From an uncultured Fibrobacterota bacterium (GTDB lineage: Bacteria > Fibrobacterota > Chitinivibrionia > Chitinivibrionales > FEN-1185): DNA of 64,000 nt. The translations under genes and the position numbers were made by a program. The notes beneath the pieces are model-generated. The model was not told where the DNA came from. It was given only the letters and a program-made list of their open reading frames with translations, and ran no database searches. Positions 29,076 to 39,112 of the stretch are shown here, piece after piece; position 1 is the first letter of the stretch, and each line of letters starts with the position of its first letter. The stretch covers positions 160,001 to 224,000 of the forward strand of contig CAVSQB010000005.1 in the NCBI GenBank assembly GCA_963729895.1. Direction: 5' to 3'.

Positions 29076-30389
29076 TCACAGTTTTCTCCTGTCGATCACC
29101 AGGGGCTGCTTTTTTCCCCGCGCCTCGGCCCGGAGCGTGCCTTCCTCCATGAAAGTGACTGCAGCGGTGACCCCGAGTTCCGCCTCGATCCCACGGGCGA
29201 CGCTTCGGCGCAGGTTTTCTATGGTCTTCATTTCGTCGATATACTCGCTGCCGGCAGCGACGGCCACGCCCACTTCCAGCGTGTCGGCGTTGTCCTTGAT
29301 GTCAAGCACGATGCGGCACAGCGGGGAAATGCCCTGCACACGGAGTACCGTGTCGAATACCTGGCTCGGGAAGAACTTTGCGCCCTGCACGGCAATCAGG
29401 TCGTCGGTGCGGCCTGCAACCCTGCTCATGCGCACGAACGTCCTGCCGCACTCGCACACGCCGGGCAGCAGGCGCGCGCGGTCGCCGGTGCGGTAGCGGA
29501 CAAGCGGGAACGCCTCCTTGGTGATGGTGGTGAACACAAGCTCTCCTTCTTCACCGGGGGAAACGGGCCCCAGCGTCGCCGGATTGATCACTTCAACGAT
29601 AAAATGATCTTCGTTGACATGCAGGCCGTTGCGTTTTTCACACTCGCCGGACACGCCGGGGCCCATGATTTCGCTCATGCCGTAGTTGTCGTATGCCGTG
29701 ATGCCGAAGGTCCCTTCGATTTCGTCGCGCACGGTGCTGCTCCACGGTTCTGACCCGAAAATGCCGAGCCTCAGGTTCATGTCCTGCGGATGGATGTCCA
29801 TGGACGTCATGGTCCGCGCCAGACCAAGCGCTGTTGAGGGCGCGCAAATGAGCGCGGTAGTTTTGAAATCCTTCATGATGGTAACCTGGTCGCGCACATT
29901 TCCGTGGGTGGACGCGGGAATCACCGACGCTCCCAGCTTTTCCGCGCCGAAATGAAATCCAAGCCCGCCGGTGAAGAGGGAATAGGAGAAGGCAATTTGC
30001 ACCACGTCGTGTTCGGTGACGCCGGCCCACGAAAGCTGGCGAGCGACAAGGTCGCTCCAATGCGAAATATCGTTTTTGGAATAGCCCACCACGATCGGTT
30101 TTCCCGTGGTGCCGGAGCTCGCGTGGATGCGCACGATGTCGCGCAGGGGAAGGGCGAACATGTCGTATGGGTAGCTGGTGCGGAGGTCGTCCTTTGTCGT
30201 AAAGGGCAGGCGGGCCATGTCTTTGAGCGACCGGACGGTTTCAATCACGACCTTGTTCGCGTCCAGCGCGTGCTTGTAGAATGCGACGTTGCGGTATACC
30301 CTGTTGAGCGTGGTCTGCAACCGTTCAATTTGCAATTGAGAAAGCTCATCGCGTGACATTGTCTCGAATCGGCGGTTGTCTGCGGCCAT
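29076..30389 (-). CDS. paaK: Phenylacetate-CoA ligase family protein (paralog 2)
   Basis: SSGTTG, YSLFTGGLG, YGMSE, RYRTGD and GRTDD motifs. Confidence 0.85.
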   Translation of the reverse strand: MAADNRRFETMSRDELSQLQIERLQTTLNRVYRNVAFYKHALDANKVVIETVRSLKDMARLPFTTKDDLRTSYPYDMFALPLRDIVRIHASSGTTGKPIVVGYSKNDISHWSDLVARQLSWAGVTEHDVVQIAFSYSLFTGGLGFHFGAEKLGASVIPASTHGNVRDQVTIMKDFKTTALICAPSTALGLARTMTSMDIHPQDMNLRLGIFGSEPWSSTVRDEIEGTFGITAYDNYGMSEIMGPGVSGECEKRNGLHVNEDHFIVEVINPATLGPVSPGEEGELVFTTITKEAFPLVRYRTGDRARLLPGVCECGRTFVRMSRVAGRTDDLIAVQGAKFFPSQVFDTVLRVQGISPLCRIVLDIKDNADTLEVGVAVAAGSEYIDEMKTIENLRRSVARGIEAELGVTAAVTFMEEGTLRAEARGKKQPLVIDRRKL

Positions 30390-30418
30390 AGGAAGCGACC
30401 TCCTTTTTTGACGAACAA

Positions 30419-31153
30419 CTACTCGTTGATCCTCTGATACTCCTTGCCCAGGTACGCGCGCTGGACTTCCGTGTTGTTCAGCAACTCCTGCGCCGTGCCT
30501 TCGAGGACGATGGATCCGGTTTCCATCACATAGCCGCGGTCCGCGATCCCGAGCACGGCCCTGGAGTTCTGCTCCACGACAAGAATGGTGCAGCCCGAGA
30601 CGCGAAGGGCCGAGATGGTGGAGAGGATCTCCTTTACAACCAGGGGCGCAAGCCCCATCGACGGTTCGTCAAGCATCATAAACGACGGTTTCGCCATGAG
30701 CGCGCGTCCGATGGCCAGCATCTGCTGCTCGCCGCCGGACAGGGTCCCGGCGAGTTGGCCCCTGCGCTGTTCAAGCACGGGGAACAGCTCGAAAACACGG
30801 CGGAGCTCGCTTTTCACTGATGCTCCCGCACGTTTGCGGAACCGTGTATAAGCGCCGAGAAAAAGGTTTTCTTCAACCGTCATGGGAGCAAAGACCTGCC
30901 TGCCCTCAGGCACGAGCACGCATCCTCGCGACGCCACGGCATGCGCCGGAATACCCGGAAGCGAGGCTCCGGAAAATACGATGTCACCCGACCGCGGGCG
31001 AACAAGGCCCGCGATTGTCCTGAGCAGCGTGGTTTTCCCGGCCCCGTTGGCGCCGATGACGGCCACAATTTCGCCGGGATTTACATGCAAGGAAACGCTT
31101 TTGAGTACGCGCAGCTTGGCGTATCCGGATTCAAGGCTTAGGATCCTAAGCAT
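30419..31153 (-). CDS. livF: HAAT (Liv-type) ABC transporter ATPase, LivF-like
   Basis: GANGAGKTT, VPEGRQVF, LSGGEQQM and DEPSMGLAP; start overlaps the livG stop. Confidence 0.9.
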   Translation of the reverse strand: MLRILSLESGYAKLRVLKSVSLHVNPGEIVAVIGANGAGKTTLLRTIAGLVRPRSGDIVFSGASLPGIPAHAVASRGCVLVPEGRQVFAPMTVEENLFLGAYTRFRKRAGASVKSELRRVFELFPVLEQRRGQLAGTLSGGEQQMLAIGRALMAKPSFMMLDEPSMGLAPLVVKEILSTISALRVSGCTILVVEQNSRAVLGIADRGYVMETGSIVLEGTAQELLNNTEVQRAYLGKEYQRINE

Positions 31154-31910
31154 TTTCGTCCCCCAGATACACGCGCACGACTTCCCGGTTCTTCTGGATG
31201 TCGCGGGGCGCGCCTTCGGCAATGAGACGGCCGAACGACAGCACGCAGATTTCGTCTGAGACATCCATGACCAGCGACATGTCGTGCTCCACGAGCAGGA
31301 TGGTGATTCCCCTGTCCCGGATGGCGCGCATGGTCTCGCCGAGCCGCGCCGTTTCCTGCATGGTAAGCCCGGCCGCCGGCTCGTCGAGCAGCAGTAATGC
31401 AGGCTCGCCGGCCAAGGCCCGCGCGAGTTCAACATGGCGCTGCTGGCCAAAGGAAAGGCTCTGCGCGTCCGCCGCGGCAAGGTGGGCGATCCCGAGCATA
31501 TCGAGCAGGGCAAGCGATTGTTCGCGGATCTCTTTTTCCTCCCGGCGGGAATGAGGGAGGCCCAGGATGCCGGACAGCATTCCCGCCCTGCTCCTGGTGT
31601 GCCTGCCGATCATGACATTTTCGAGCACCGTCATTTTCGTGAAGAGTTTGATATTTTGAAACGTCCGCATGATGCCGCTGCCGGCGATCCTGTGCGGCGG
31701 CAAGCGGTGGATCGGTTTTCCGTCAAAGACAACCGAGCCCGAATCCGGTCGAATCGCCCCGGAAATCAGGTTGAACATCGTTGTTTTTCCGGCCCCGTTT
31801 GGACCTATGACACCCTTAATGGCACCCCGTATGACGGAGAAGCTGACGTCGTTGACGGCGTGCAAACCGCCGAATCTCTTGTTGAGATGTGATATTTCCA
31901 GGAATGACAT
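31146..31910 (-). CDS. livG: HAAT ABC transporter ATPase, LivG-like
   Basis: FGGL.AV, GPNGAGKTT, RTFQ, LDEPAAG and VEHDM motifs. Confidence 0.9.
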   Translation of the reverse strand: MSFLEISHLNKRFGGLHAVNDVSFSVIRGAIKGVIGPNGAGKTTMFNLISGAIRPDSGSVVFDGKPIHRLPPHRIAGSGIMRTFQNIKLFTKMTVLENVMIGRHTRSRAGMLSGILGLPHSRREEKEIREQSLALLDMLGIAHLAAADAQSLSFGQQRHVELARALAGEPALLLLDEPAAGLTMQETARLGETMRAIRDRGITILLVEHDMSLVMDVSDEICVLSFGRLIAEGAPRDIQKNREVVRVYLGDENA

Positions 31911-32133
31911 GTGCGATAACTACATAAAGTTAATAATCAAGAATCAGTCGTGTTCGGAGAAAATAACGCTAGACGTACCTGTCAACTTCTTTGTCCCGTA
32001 CGCCCCCCTCAAAGATCCCTCGAAGGGGGACTTATATTGAGGAGGGCTCTGATTAACCGGACACGACTGATCAAGAGTGAAGAGTAAAAACAGACTGAGT
32101 ACTGTTTCCCCTTTACTCTTTGCCGTTAACTCT

Positions 32134-33192
32134 TTACTCTTCACTTTTGACACTCTTCCTTTTCAGCCAATCCATCTTCACTAAGATCCCGTTCGGCGCA
32201 AACAACATCACGAACACCAGGATGGCGCCGAACACCGTTTCGTCGTATGAACCGAAATAACCGCGCAGGGAAAGAAAATTGAGGCCCGTGCTTGCCGCAA
32301 TTGCTCCCCACAGGTTTGCCATGCCGCCCACCGCGACAATAGCGACGTAGCGTACCGATTTCAATATTGACGCTTCGGAAGGGCCGATGCCGGCGTTGAA
32401 GTGCGTAAGAAAGACCCCGGCGACGGACGCGAACACGGCGCTTATCACGAACAAATTGAGCTTGTACCGTGCAGTGTTCACGCCCATGGCCGCTGCGGCA
32501 TCTTCGTTGCCGTAAATCGAGCGGAGCGCGCGGCCGGCGCGCGAGTTGACCAGGTTGTGCATGAAAAGCGCGGAAGCAAGCACGAGAAACCAGGCGATAT
32601 AGTAATTGGGGATGCGCTCCGCTATCTTGCCGGAAACGCTGAGCCCGGGTACGAGCGTGAATGCCGGCACGCCTGATATGCCGTCTGCGCCGCCGAACAC
32701 CTTTGTGCCGAGTACGATCTTGTTGATGATGGAACCGAACCCGAGCGTCGCCATGGCAAGATAGTGGCCTTTGAGGCGCAACACGGGCACGCCGATAAGA
32801 TAGGCGATGGTCACCGTGGCGAGCACGGCCGCTGCAAAGGCCAGCCACGGGTTGAGCCGTGCAATGTCCGATCCGTAAACATCTCTGCCGAGCATGAAGC
32901 AGCCGGTCCTGACAAGAATGCGTCCGGGTCCGGCATGGGCGATTGAATAGAAATCGGCGGTGGTGAGCGCCCCCGACACATACCCGCCGATGGCGAAGAA
33001 ACCCGCGTGCCCAAGTGAAATTTGCCCGGCGTATCCCATAAGCATGCACAGGCCGATAACGACAATGGAGTAATAGGCGGCCATGGTCAGTTGCGTGAGG
33101 TAGAACGACCGGCCGCTGGAAGTCACGGCAATCTGTACCGCCACGGCAAGCGCGGCGATGATGAAAAGAGGGAGGTATCGTTTGACGGCCAT
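32134..33192 (-). CDS. livM: HAAT ABC transporter permease, LivM-like
   Basis: GYAGQISLGH, RLKGHYLAMATLGF and GRALR motifs. Confidence 0.88.
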   Translation of the reverse strand: MAVKRYLPLFIIAALAVAVQIAVTSSGRSFYLTQLTMAAYYSIVVIGLCMLMGYAGQISLGHAGFFAIGGYVSGALTTADFYSIAHAGPGRILVRTGCFMLGRDVYGSDIARLNPWLAFAAAVLATVTIAYLIGVPVLRLKGHYLAMATLGFGSIINKIVLGTKVFGGADGISGVPAFTLVPGLSVSGKIAERIPNYYIAWFLVLASALFMHNLVNSRAGRALRSIYGNEDAAAAMGVNTARYKLNLFVISAVFASVAGVFLTHFNAGIGPSEASILKSVRYVAIVAVGGMANLWGAIAASTGLNFLSLRGYFGSYDETVFGAILVFVMLFAPNGILVKMDWLKRKSVKSEE

Positions 33193-33232
33193 GATGTTTT
33201 CGCTTGCTTTGCGGGGTTACGGGAAAGAGGAA

Positions 33233-34123
33233 TCAGAATTCCGAAAGCTTTCCCGCGCCCTTGTTGCCGAACAGTCCGGCCGGTTTGAAAGAGAGAATAA
33301 CCAGCAAGATCGCGATCGCGATAACGTCTTTGTATGCAACCGGAAGAACGCTGATGCTGAACGCCTCGACGATCCCCAGCAGCAGGCCGGCGGCCACGGC
33401 GGCCGTGCTGTTTCCCAGGCCGCCCAGGATCGCGACTGTAAACCCTTTGATGGCCAGCGGCGTGCCCATTTCGTACTGCGTTTGGGTGAGCGGTGAGATG
33501 ACGCACCCGGCAAGTGCGCCGATGGCTGCGCTTAACATAAACGAGAATGTCACCATATTCCTTACGTTAATGCCGCACAGCACCGCCGCCATCCGGTTCG
33601 CCGAGCACGCGCGCATCGACCGCCCAGCGAGGGTGAACCGGAAAAACAGCGAAAGAAACAGCACCATGGCCGCGCACGTCCCGAGCACCCACACTACCTG
33701 CGGCGAGATGTGCGCTCCCAGAATAGAGATGGACGAGCATTCGTTGCCGGTGAAGTAGCGGAGTGCCCGCACTTTTTCATCCCAGATGTGAAGCGCGGCC
33801 TCTTTGAGAAGGATGGAAACGCCGATGGTGATGATGATCATCCGCAAGACCGATGGGTGCCTGAGCCACCGGATGAAAGCGATCTCCACGAACGCTCCGA
33901 CGAACGCTGTTATGGCCACCGAGCACGCTATTGCGGCGGGCAGCGGCATTAGGGGCGACAAAGAGATGGCCGTCATGCCGCCGAGCACAACGAATTCGCC
34001 CTGGGCAAAATTGATGATGCCCGTGCTATTGTAAATGATATTGAACCCTATTGCAACAATGGCGTAGATGCTGCCGCTTGTTATGCCGGAGAACAGGTAT
34101 TGGAGAATGAGATCGAAGGACAT
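33233..34123 (-). CDS. livH: HAAT ABC transporter permease, LivH-like
   Basis: GSIYAIVAIG, INFAQGE, GRSMRA and ILGGLG motifs. Confidence 0.88.
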   Translation of the reverse strand: MSFDLILQYLFSGITSGSIYAIVAIGFNIIYNSTGIINFAQGEFVVLGGMTAISLSPLMPLPAAIACSVAITAFVGAFVEIAFIRWLRHPSVLRMIIITIGVSILLKEAALHIWDEKVRALRYFTGNECSSISILGAHISPQVVWVLGTCAAMVLFLSLFFRFTLAGRSMRACSANRMAAVLCGINVRNMVTFSFMLSAAIGALAGCVISPLTQTQYEMGTPLAIKGFTVAILGGLGNSTAAVAAGLLLGIVEAFSISVLPVAYKDVIAIAILLVILSFKPAGLFGNKGAGKLSEF

Positions 34124-34163
34124 ACGGTGCTCTAACGGGTTGCCGAAAAATCGTTGATGAAAA

Positions 34164-34248
34164 CGTCATTGCGTGGATTGCAACGGCGAAGCAATCGCCA
34201 CTTATGAGACGAAAAACGCGAGATTGCCACGCTTCGCTCGCAATGACG
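34164..34248. repeat. REP-like palindromic element (GTCATTGCG...GCAATC...GATTGC...CGCAATGAC type)
   Basis: Outer arms CGTCATTGCG / CGCAATGACG, inner arms GCAATC / GATTGC. Confidence 0.7.
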
Positions 34249-34310
34249 CCCCGCGTTTTTCTGCCTACCAGCAGTCACTTCTGGCTTCCGGCGGACCAGC
34301 CTCAGCGTCA

Positions 34311-34344
34311 CGTCATCCTTCCCGAACAACGGAGAAGGATGACG
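34311..34344 (-). terminator. Stem-loop just after the livK stop
   Basis: CGTCATCCTTC...GAAGGATGACG; no U-tract. Confidence 0.5.
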
Positions 34345-34361
34345 AAACGTTGCTTTCCCGG

Positions 34362-35567
34362 TCAGTTCCCGTACACCACGAACTTCCCGCCCTTGACCGT
34401 GAGCATCTCGAACGCGTTGATGTCAAGACCGTTGTGGTCGGTTGGAGAAAAGTTGAAAATGCCGGCCGTTCCCACAAACCCTTTCAGGTTCTCTATGGCG
34501 TCCCGGACTTTTTCCTTGTCCACGCCCGCGATTTCGATTGCCTTGGCAAGGATCGTAATTGCGTCATAGGCATGGCCGCCGAACGTGCTTACGTCCTCCT
34601 TGTATTTGGCTTCGTAATCTGCTTTATATTTTTCGAGCAGCGCCTTTTGGGGATCGTCTTTTGGAAGAACATCCGCAGCCAAGAGTCGGCCGGCAGGGAA
34701 AATGATGCCGTCCGCGGCTTCGCCTGCCGCCTGCACATATTTGATGTTGCCGAATCCGTGGCTCTGGAAGAGCGGGATCTTGAGCCCGAGCTGCTTGAGG
34801 TTTTTGGCAAGGATCGCCTGCGCCGGCTCTATGGACCAGTTGACGATTGCGCCGACATCTGCGGCCTTGACCTTGGTGAGTACGCCGGTGAGGTCGGTGG
34901 CGTCTGTTTCGTACACTTCGCTGATCGCGACCGTGATCTTGTATTCGGGCGCGATCTTCTCGAGTTGCTCCTTGCCCGCCTTGCCGAAACCGGTGTTGCT
35001 CGACAATACCGCGATCTTATCGATCTTCAGTTTCTGCAGGGCCATAAAAATCTTACGGGCAGCGTCACTGTCCTTCTGGGGAGTCTTGAACACCCACTTG
35101 GCAAGTGGATTGACGATTGCTTCTGCGGCCGCGCAGGAAATAAGGAGCGTCTTGTTTTCGTCACACAGGGCCTTTATCTGCATGGTCTCTCCCGTGGTGG
35201 ACGGCCCGATGATGGCAAAGACTTTGTCTTCTTCAATAAGCTGCTTGGCAAAAGATACTGCATTCTCAGGCTTGCTCTGGGTGTCCTTAATGACAAGGAC
35301 CAGCTTGTGTCCCTTGACGCCGCCTTTGGCGTTGATTTCGTCAACGAGCATCCGCGCCGTTTTTTCTTCAGGCGAGCCCAGATTTGCCGCCGGTCCGGTC
35401 ACGGCGAACAGCGCCCCGATTTTGATGGGCTCCGCCGTTTTGGTCGGAGCGCCCGAAGGAGCCGGCGAAGGGGTCGACGCGGCTTTATCATCCTTGGCGG
35501 CAAGCGACACGGAACACGTCATCGCGATGAGTGCGGCGATGCAGGCCGCCCACGTACGTCTGGTCAT
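34362..35567 (-). CDS. HAAT ABC transporter substrate-binding protein, LivK-like
   Basis: GGAGGT RBS, signal peptide, IKIGALFAVTGPAA, INAKGG and GHAYDA periplasmic binding protein type 1 motifs. Confidence 0.9.
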   Translation of the reverse strand: MTRRTWAACIAALIAMTCSVSLAAKDDKAASTPSPAPSGAPTKTAEPIKIGALFAVTGPAANLGSPEEKTARMLVDEINAKGGVKGHKLVLVIKDTQSKPENAVSFAKQLIEEDKVFAIIGPSTTGETMQIKALCDENKTLLISCAAAEAIVNPLAKWVFKTPQKDSDAARKIFMALQKLKIDKIAVLSSNTGFGKAGKEQLEKIAPEYKITVAISEVYETDATDLTGVLTKVKAADVGAIVNWSIEPAQAILAKNLKQLGLKIPLFQSHGFGNIKYVQAAGEAADGIIFPAGRLLAADVLPKDDPQKALLEKYKADYEAKYKEDVSTFGGHAYDAITILAKAIEIAGVDKEKVRDAIENLKGFVGTAGIFNFSPTDHNGLDINAFEMLTVKGGKFVVYGN

Positions 35568-35781
35568 TCAATACCTCCTGAGAAGGGTGGAACTTCTTAT
35601 CGGGCCGAGAAACGGTTAGTCGATTGAAAATATCACCTTCGTGTTCACGGGCTCCCGTTGCCTCCGGCGGGGACGCCAGTCAAAACCCATAGCGGCGCCC
35701 CCTCAGGGAAATGGAGGGGATTGAAAAGACCATGCGGCAACCTGTTTTGACAAACAGCAAGGAGCTCCGGGGCACCACAAG

Positions 35782-36213
35782 TCAGATCTTTCTCACTTCC
35801 TCGTCGGTAAGCAGCTTGTATCCGTTCTTCTTGAATACATCAAGGGCCTTGTCCCCGTTTTCGAAACGCAAGAACAGAATTGCCTTGTTGGAATACTGTT
35901 CGACGAACGAGTAGGTGTATTCGATGTTGAGCCCGTTTTTGTCGCAGAGGTTCATCATGTCGTAGAAGATGCCTTCGCGGTCGTCGATTTCGACCGCGAT
36001 GACGGTGTTGAGCTTCACGGTGAAGCCGGCTTTCTTGAGCACATCGTTCGCCTGCTCCGGTTTGCTCACGATCATGCGCAGGATGCCGAAATCGGAGGTG
36101 TCGGCGATGGTGAGGGCGCGAATGTTTATCTTGTTGTCTTTGAGGACCAGAGCGACATTCGCGAGCCTGCCGGGCTTGTTTTCAAGAAACACCGAAATCT
36201 GCTGGATGTTCAT
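35782..36213 (-). CDS. ACT-domain amino acid-binding protein (PaaK-associated)
   Basis: QISVFLENKPGRL and IADTSDFGILR motifs. Confidence 0.9.
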   Translation of the reverse strand: MNIQQISVFLENKPGRLANVALVLKDNKINIRALTIADTSDFGILRMIVSKPEQANDVLKKAGFTVKLNTVIAVEIDDREGIFYDMMNLCDKNGLNIEYTYSFVEQYSNKAILFLRFENGDKALDVFKKNGYKLLTDEEVRKI

Positions 36214-36230
36214 TGATCGTCTCCTTTGCC

Positions 36231-37529
36231 TTAGATAACGCGTTTGTCGATGATTCTCTTCGCCTTGCCTTCGCTGCGAGCGATTGTCTTCGGTTCGACA
36301 AGCTTTACTCTTGCGTGAATGAGCAGGGCTTCGTGGAGTTCCTTTTCGATTTGTTTTTCCCTGCGCTCCAGGTTCTTTATCTCGTCTGAGAAGACGGCAT
36401 CGCTCACTTCCACCTGGACTTCAAGATAGTCGAGATTGTCCCTGCGCTCAACCAGGAGCTGGTAATGCGGCTCCAGCCCTTCCATCCTGAGTAGGACCTC
36501 TTCGATCTGCGAGGGAAACACGTTGACGCCCCGGATGATGAGCATGTCGTCGGTGCGGCCGAGGATGCGGTGCATGCGCACCGAAGTGCGGCCGCAGCCG
36601 CATTTGGTGCGGTCGAGATAGGTAATGTCGCGCGTGCGGTATCGGATGACGGGCGTGCCTTCTTTTGTCAAAGTGGTGAACACGAGCTCGCCCTTTTCTC
36701 CGTCGGGAAGAGGCATGCCCGTTTGGGGATCGATGACTTCAGGGTAGAAATGGTCTTCAAAAACGTGAAGCAGGTCCTGACGCTCGCATTCCGATGCGAC
36801 GCCCGGGCCGATAATTTCCGTTAGACCGTAAATGTCTATTGCTTTCAGGTGAAGCTTTTGCTCGATTTCCTTACGCATGTTCTCGCTCCACGGCTCCGCG
36901 CCGAAGAACCCGCTTCTTAGCGGCAGCTTTGAGAAATCGAGGTTTTCTTCCTTGCCCGCTTCGGCGAGGTACAGACTGTACGAGGGGGTACAGGCAAGGG
37001 CGGTGGTGCCAAAGTCGCGCATCAACTGCAATTGACGTTTGGTATTGCCGCCGGAAATGGGGATAACCATGGCGCCTATCCTGCGCGCACCGTAATGCAC
37101 CCCCAAGCCGCCGGTAAACAGTCCATAGCCGTACGCATTCTGCACGCGGTCCTTGGCGGTAATGTCGCCCATGGCAAGGGTGCGGGCCATGACTTCGCTC
37201 CAGATGTCTATGTCTTTCTTGGTGTAGGCATCAACCACGGGTTTGCCCGTGGTGCCCGAGGACGTGTGGATTTCGACGATGTTGTCGACATGACAGGAGA
37301 GCAGCCCGTAAGGGTAAACGTCTCTCATTTCGGTCTTGGTAATGAACGGAAGCTTGACAATGTCGGAGATGTGCTTGATGTGCGTCGGTTTCACGCCTGC
37401 GGCGTCCATCTTTCCCCGATAAAACGGGTTTATCGTGTAGGCTTTTCTCACCAGGCTTTGCAGGCGTTTTGTCTGAAGCAGCGTGAGCTGCCTCCTGCTC
37501 ATTGTTTCGAATTCCCTGTTCCAAATCAT
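36231..37529 (-). CDS. paaK: Phenylacetate-CoA ligase (paralog 3, most canonical)
   Basis: [27 protein letters not shown] and [20 protein letters not shown] motifs. Confidence 0.92.
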   Translation of the reverse strand: MIWNREFETMSRRQLTLLQTKRLQSLVRKAYTINPFYRGKMDAAGVKPTHIKHISDIVKLPFITKTEMRDVYPYGLLSCHVDNIVEIHTSSGTTGKPVVDAYTKKDIDIWSEVMARTLAMGDITAKDRVQNAYGYGLFTGGLGVHYGARRIGAMVIPISGGNTKRQLQLMRDFGTTALACTPSYSLYLAEAGKEENLDFSKLPLRSGFFGAEPWSENMRKEIEQKLHLKAIDIYGLTEIIGPGVASECERQDLLHVFEDHFYPEVIDPQTGMPLPDGEKGELVFTTLTKEGTPVIRYRTRDITYLDRTKCGCGRTSVRMHRILGRTDDMLIIRGVNVFPSQIEEVLLRMEGLEPHYQLLVERRDNLDYLEVQVEVSDAVFSDEIKNLERREKQIEKELHEALLIHARVKLVEPKTIARSEGKAKRIIDKRVI

Positions 37530-37688
37530 AGGCGGGCTCCGTTAAAACGGGGTTATTGGGTGCGGTTTGCAGCAGCGCTTGATTGTGAACTAAATAACAT
37601 ATATATGGGACAGCGGGTTTGGCAACAGGGAAGAGGAAACATCCGCCCCGTTTGCCTTTGCGGTCCCCTAAGCGGACAGGATGGTCGA

Positions 37689-38429
37689 TTACCCTTTGAG
37701 CGCAAAACCAAGCATGCGATCGAACAATTCCACGCCGTTCCAGCGCATTGCGCCCAATGCGGCGTTTGTTTCACACCAGTACGGAACCATTGAAAGGGGA
37801 ATCAGCATGGGAGGGGCGGAAACCAGGCTTGCGGTTGTTTTAGCGAGAGCGGTGGTCACTTTTCTGTGTATCGTTATTCGTTTGACATCTTCGGCAAGAG
37901 GCCGGGCGCAGAATTCGGCTTCGCTCGTAACATTGTACTCCCCGCATGCGCACGGCCTTTGGGCGTGAATGCCGCACGATTCGTTGAAAAGAAACGGACA
38001 TGCCAGTTTTTCGTCCCAGTACTGCGCCGCAACGGACAATTGGTCTTCTGCTCCGTGCATGTTTTCCAGTACGGTCCACAGGCCGGTGTCGATAAGCCGG
38101 CTCCGAAGATCGGAAAAACGCTGTTTGAAAAGAAGCGTCTGCCGGTCGCCGAAAGAAAGCGCTTGGCGCGCAATAAAAAAGGCTTCCGGCGCAGAGACCG
38201 GGACCAATTGGCGGCAGCACGCGCCACACCCCGCCTTGCATGAGATCTTTTTCCCGGATTCGGCCGCCATTTTCGAGGCAAGGGCCACAACGCCGTTGCA
38301 GAGATCGTAGGCCGGCGCTGCAAGGTCCGCAAGCCCGAGCGGAATGTCGGGGACCGTGACCTGTGCGGCCGGGAGTTTGCCGTCCGGAGTTTCTATCTGG
38401 ATGGTGAAGATTTTGGCAACAGGTTCCAT
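37689..38429 (-). CDS. YkgJ-family (CxxCxxCC) cysteine cluster protein
   Basis: SCKAGCGACC, ACPFL and CGIHAQRPCAC motifs. Confidence 0.85.
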   Translation of the reverse strand: MEPVAKIFTIQIETPDGKLPAAQVTVPDIPLGLADLAAPAYDLCNGVVALASKMAAESGKKISCKAGCGACCRQLVPVSAPEAFFIARQALSFGDRQTLLFKQRFSDLRSRLIDTGLWTVLENMHGAEDQLSVAAQYWDEKLACPFLFNESCGIHAQRPCACGEYNVTSEAEFCARPLAEDVKRITIHRKVTTALAKTTASLVSAPPMLIPLSMVPYWCETNAALGAMRWNGVELFDRMLGFALKG

Positions 38430-39015
38430 GGGGCCTGGTTTCTAGATTTGACAGGAGATAATTGGGATGACAGGACCTTTCTTCCGGTAAGAACCTCACC
38501 GCGAGAAACTTTTCGCATCATGTTTCAGGTTCGCTTCCTTACAACCGCGACCAGCGGAACCGTCACAACACGGGTCAATATATACTGTCAATCCGCCGCA
38601 TTCCAAGGCTCTTCAAAAAAAAGTGTTTCCTGACAGATACAAGGCCTGGCTCTGCGATCATAAAGAGGATTCTGCACAGTTTATTTTCTTTAGCGGGCGC
38701 CCTGCACTGAGCCTGCCTTTGAGAGAACTATTTTTCTGAATCCCATAGCGAGCGACTATAGATATGTTTTTTGTGCCTTTTCCTCGCGACTTGTTGCGAG
38801 ATTCCTCAATAATGGATGGACAAAAAGCGTAAATTACTTTGCGCAATTCTGCGCAAAACATGTTCTTCATTGAGTGTCGCTCCTCAATAGCGTAGTCGCA
38901 ATAACACTACCTTTACATCAACAGTTGCAATAAAGCGACCCTCATTCGGTCATCCATTACCTCAAAGACTAACATAACGTATTCAAAATAATGGTATTAC
39001 AAAATCAGGCTATTT

Positions 39016-39030
39016 TGGCATACAAATTGT
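39016..39030 (+). promoter_or_regulatory. Candidate sigma54 -24/-12 promoter
   Basis: TGGCAT-ACAAA-TTGT has exact spacing, but the -12 element is GT instead of GC; it lies in a long AT-rich intergenic region. Confidence 0.45.
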
Positions 39031-39112
39031 AATTAATAACATTGAACAAAGCTCATATATTCAGCGGTCTCTCTAAATCATGTTTTGAGTTTACAAAAAG
39101 CGGATAATTTTC

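Noticed and set aside
34173..35627. Long plus-strand ORFs (484 and 305 aa) and similar long antisense ORFs over uvrB, paaK and hrpB
   Set aside because: GC-rich antisense shadows of well-supported genes.
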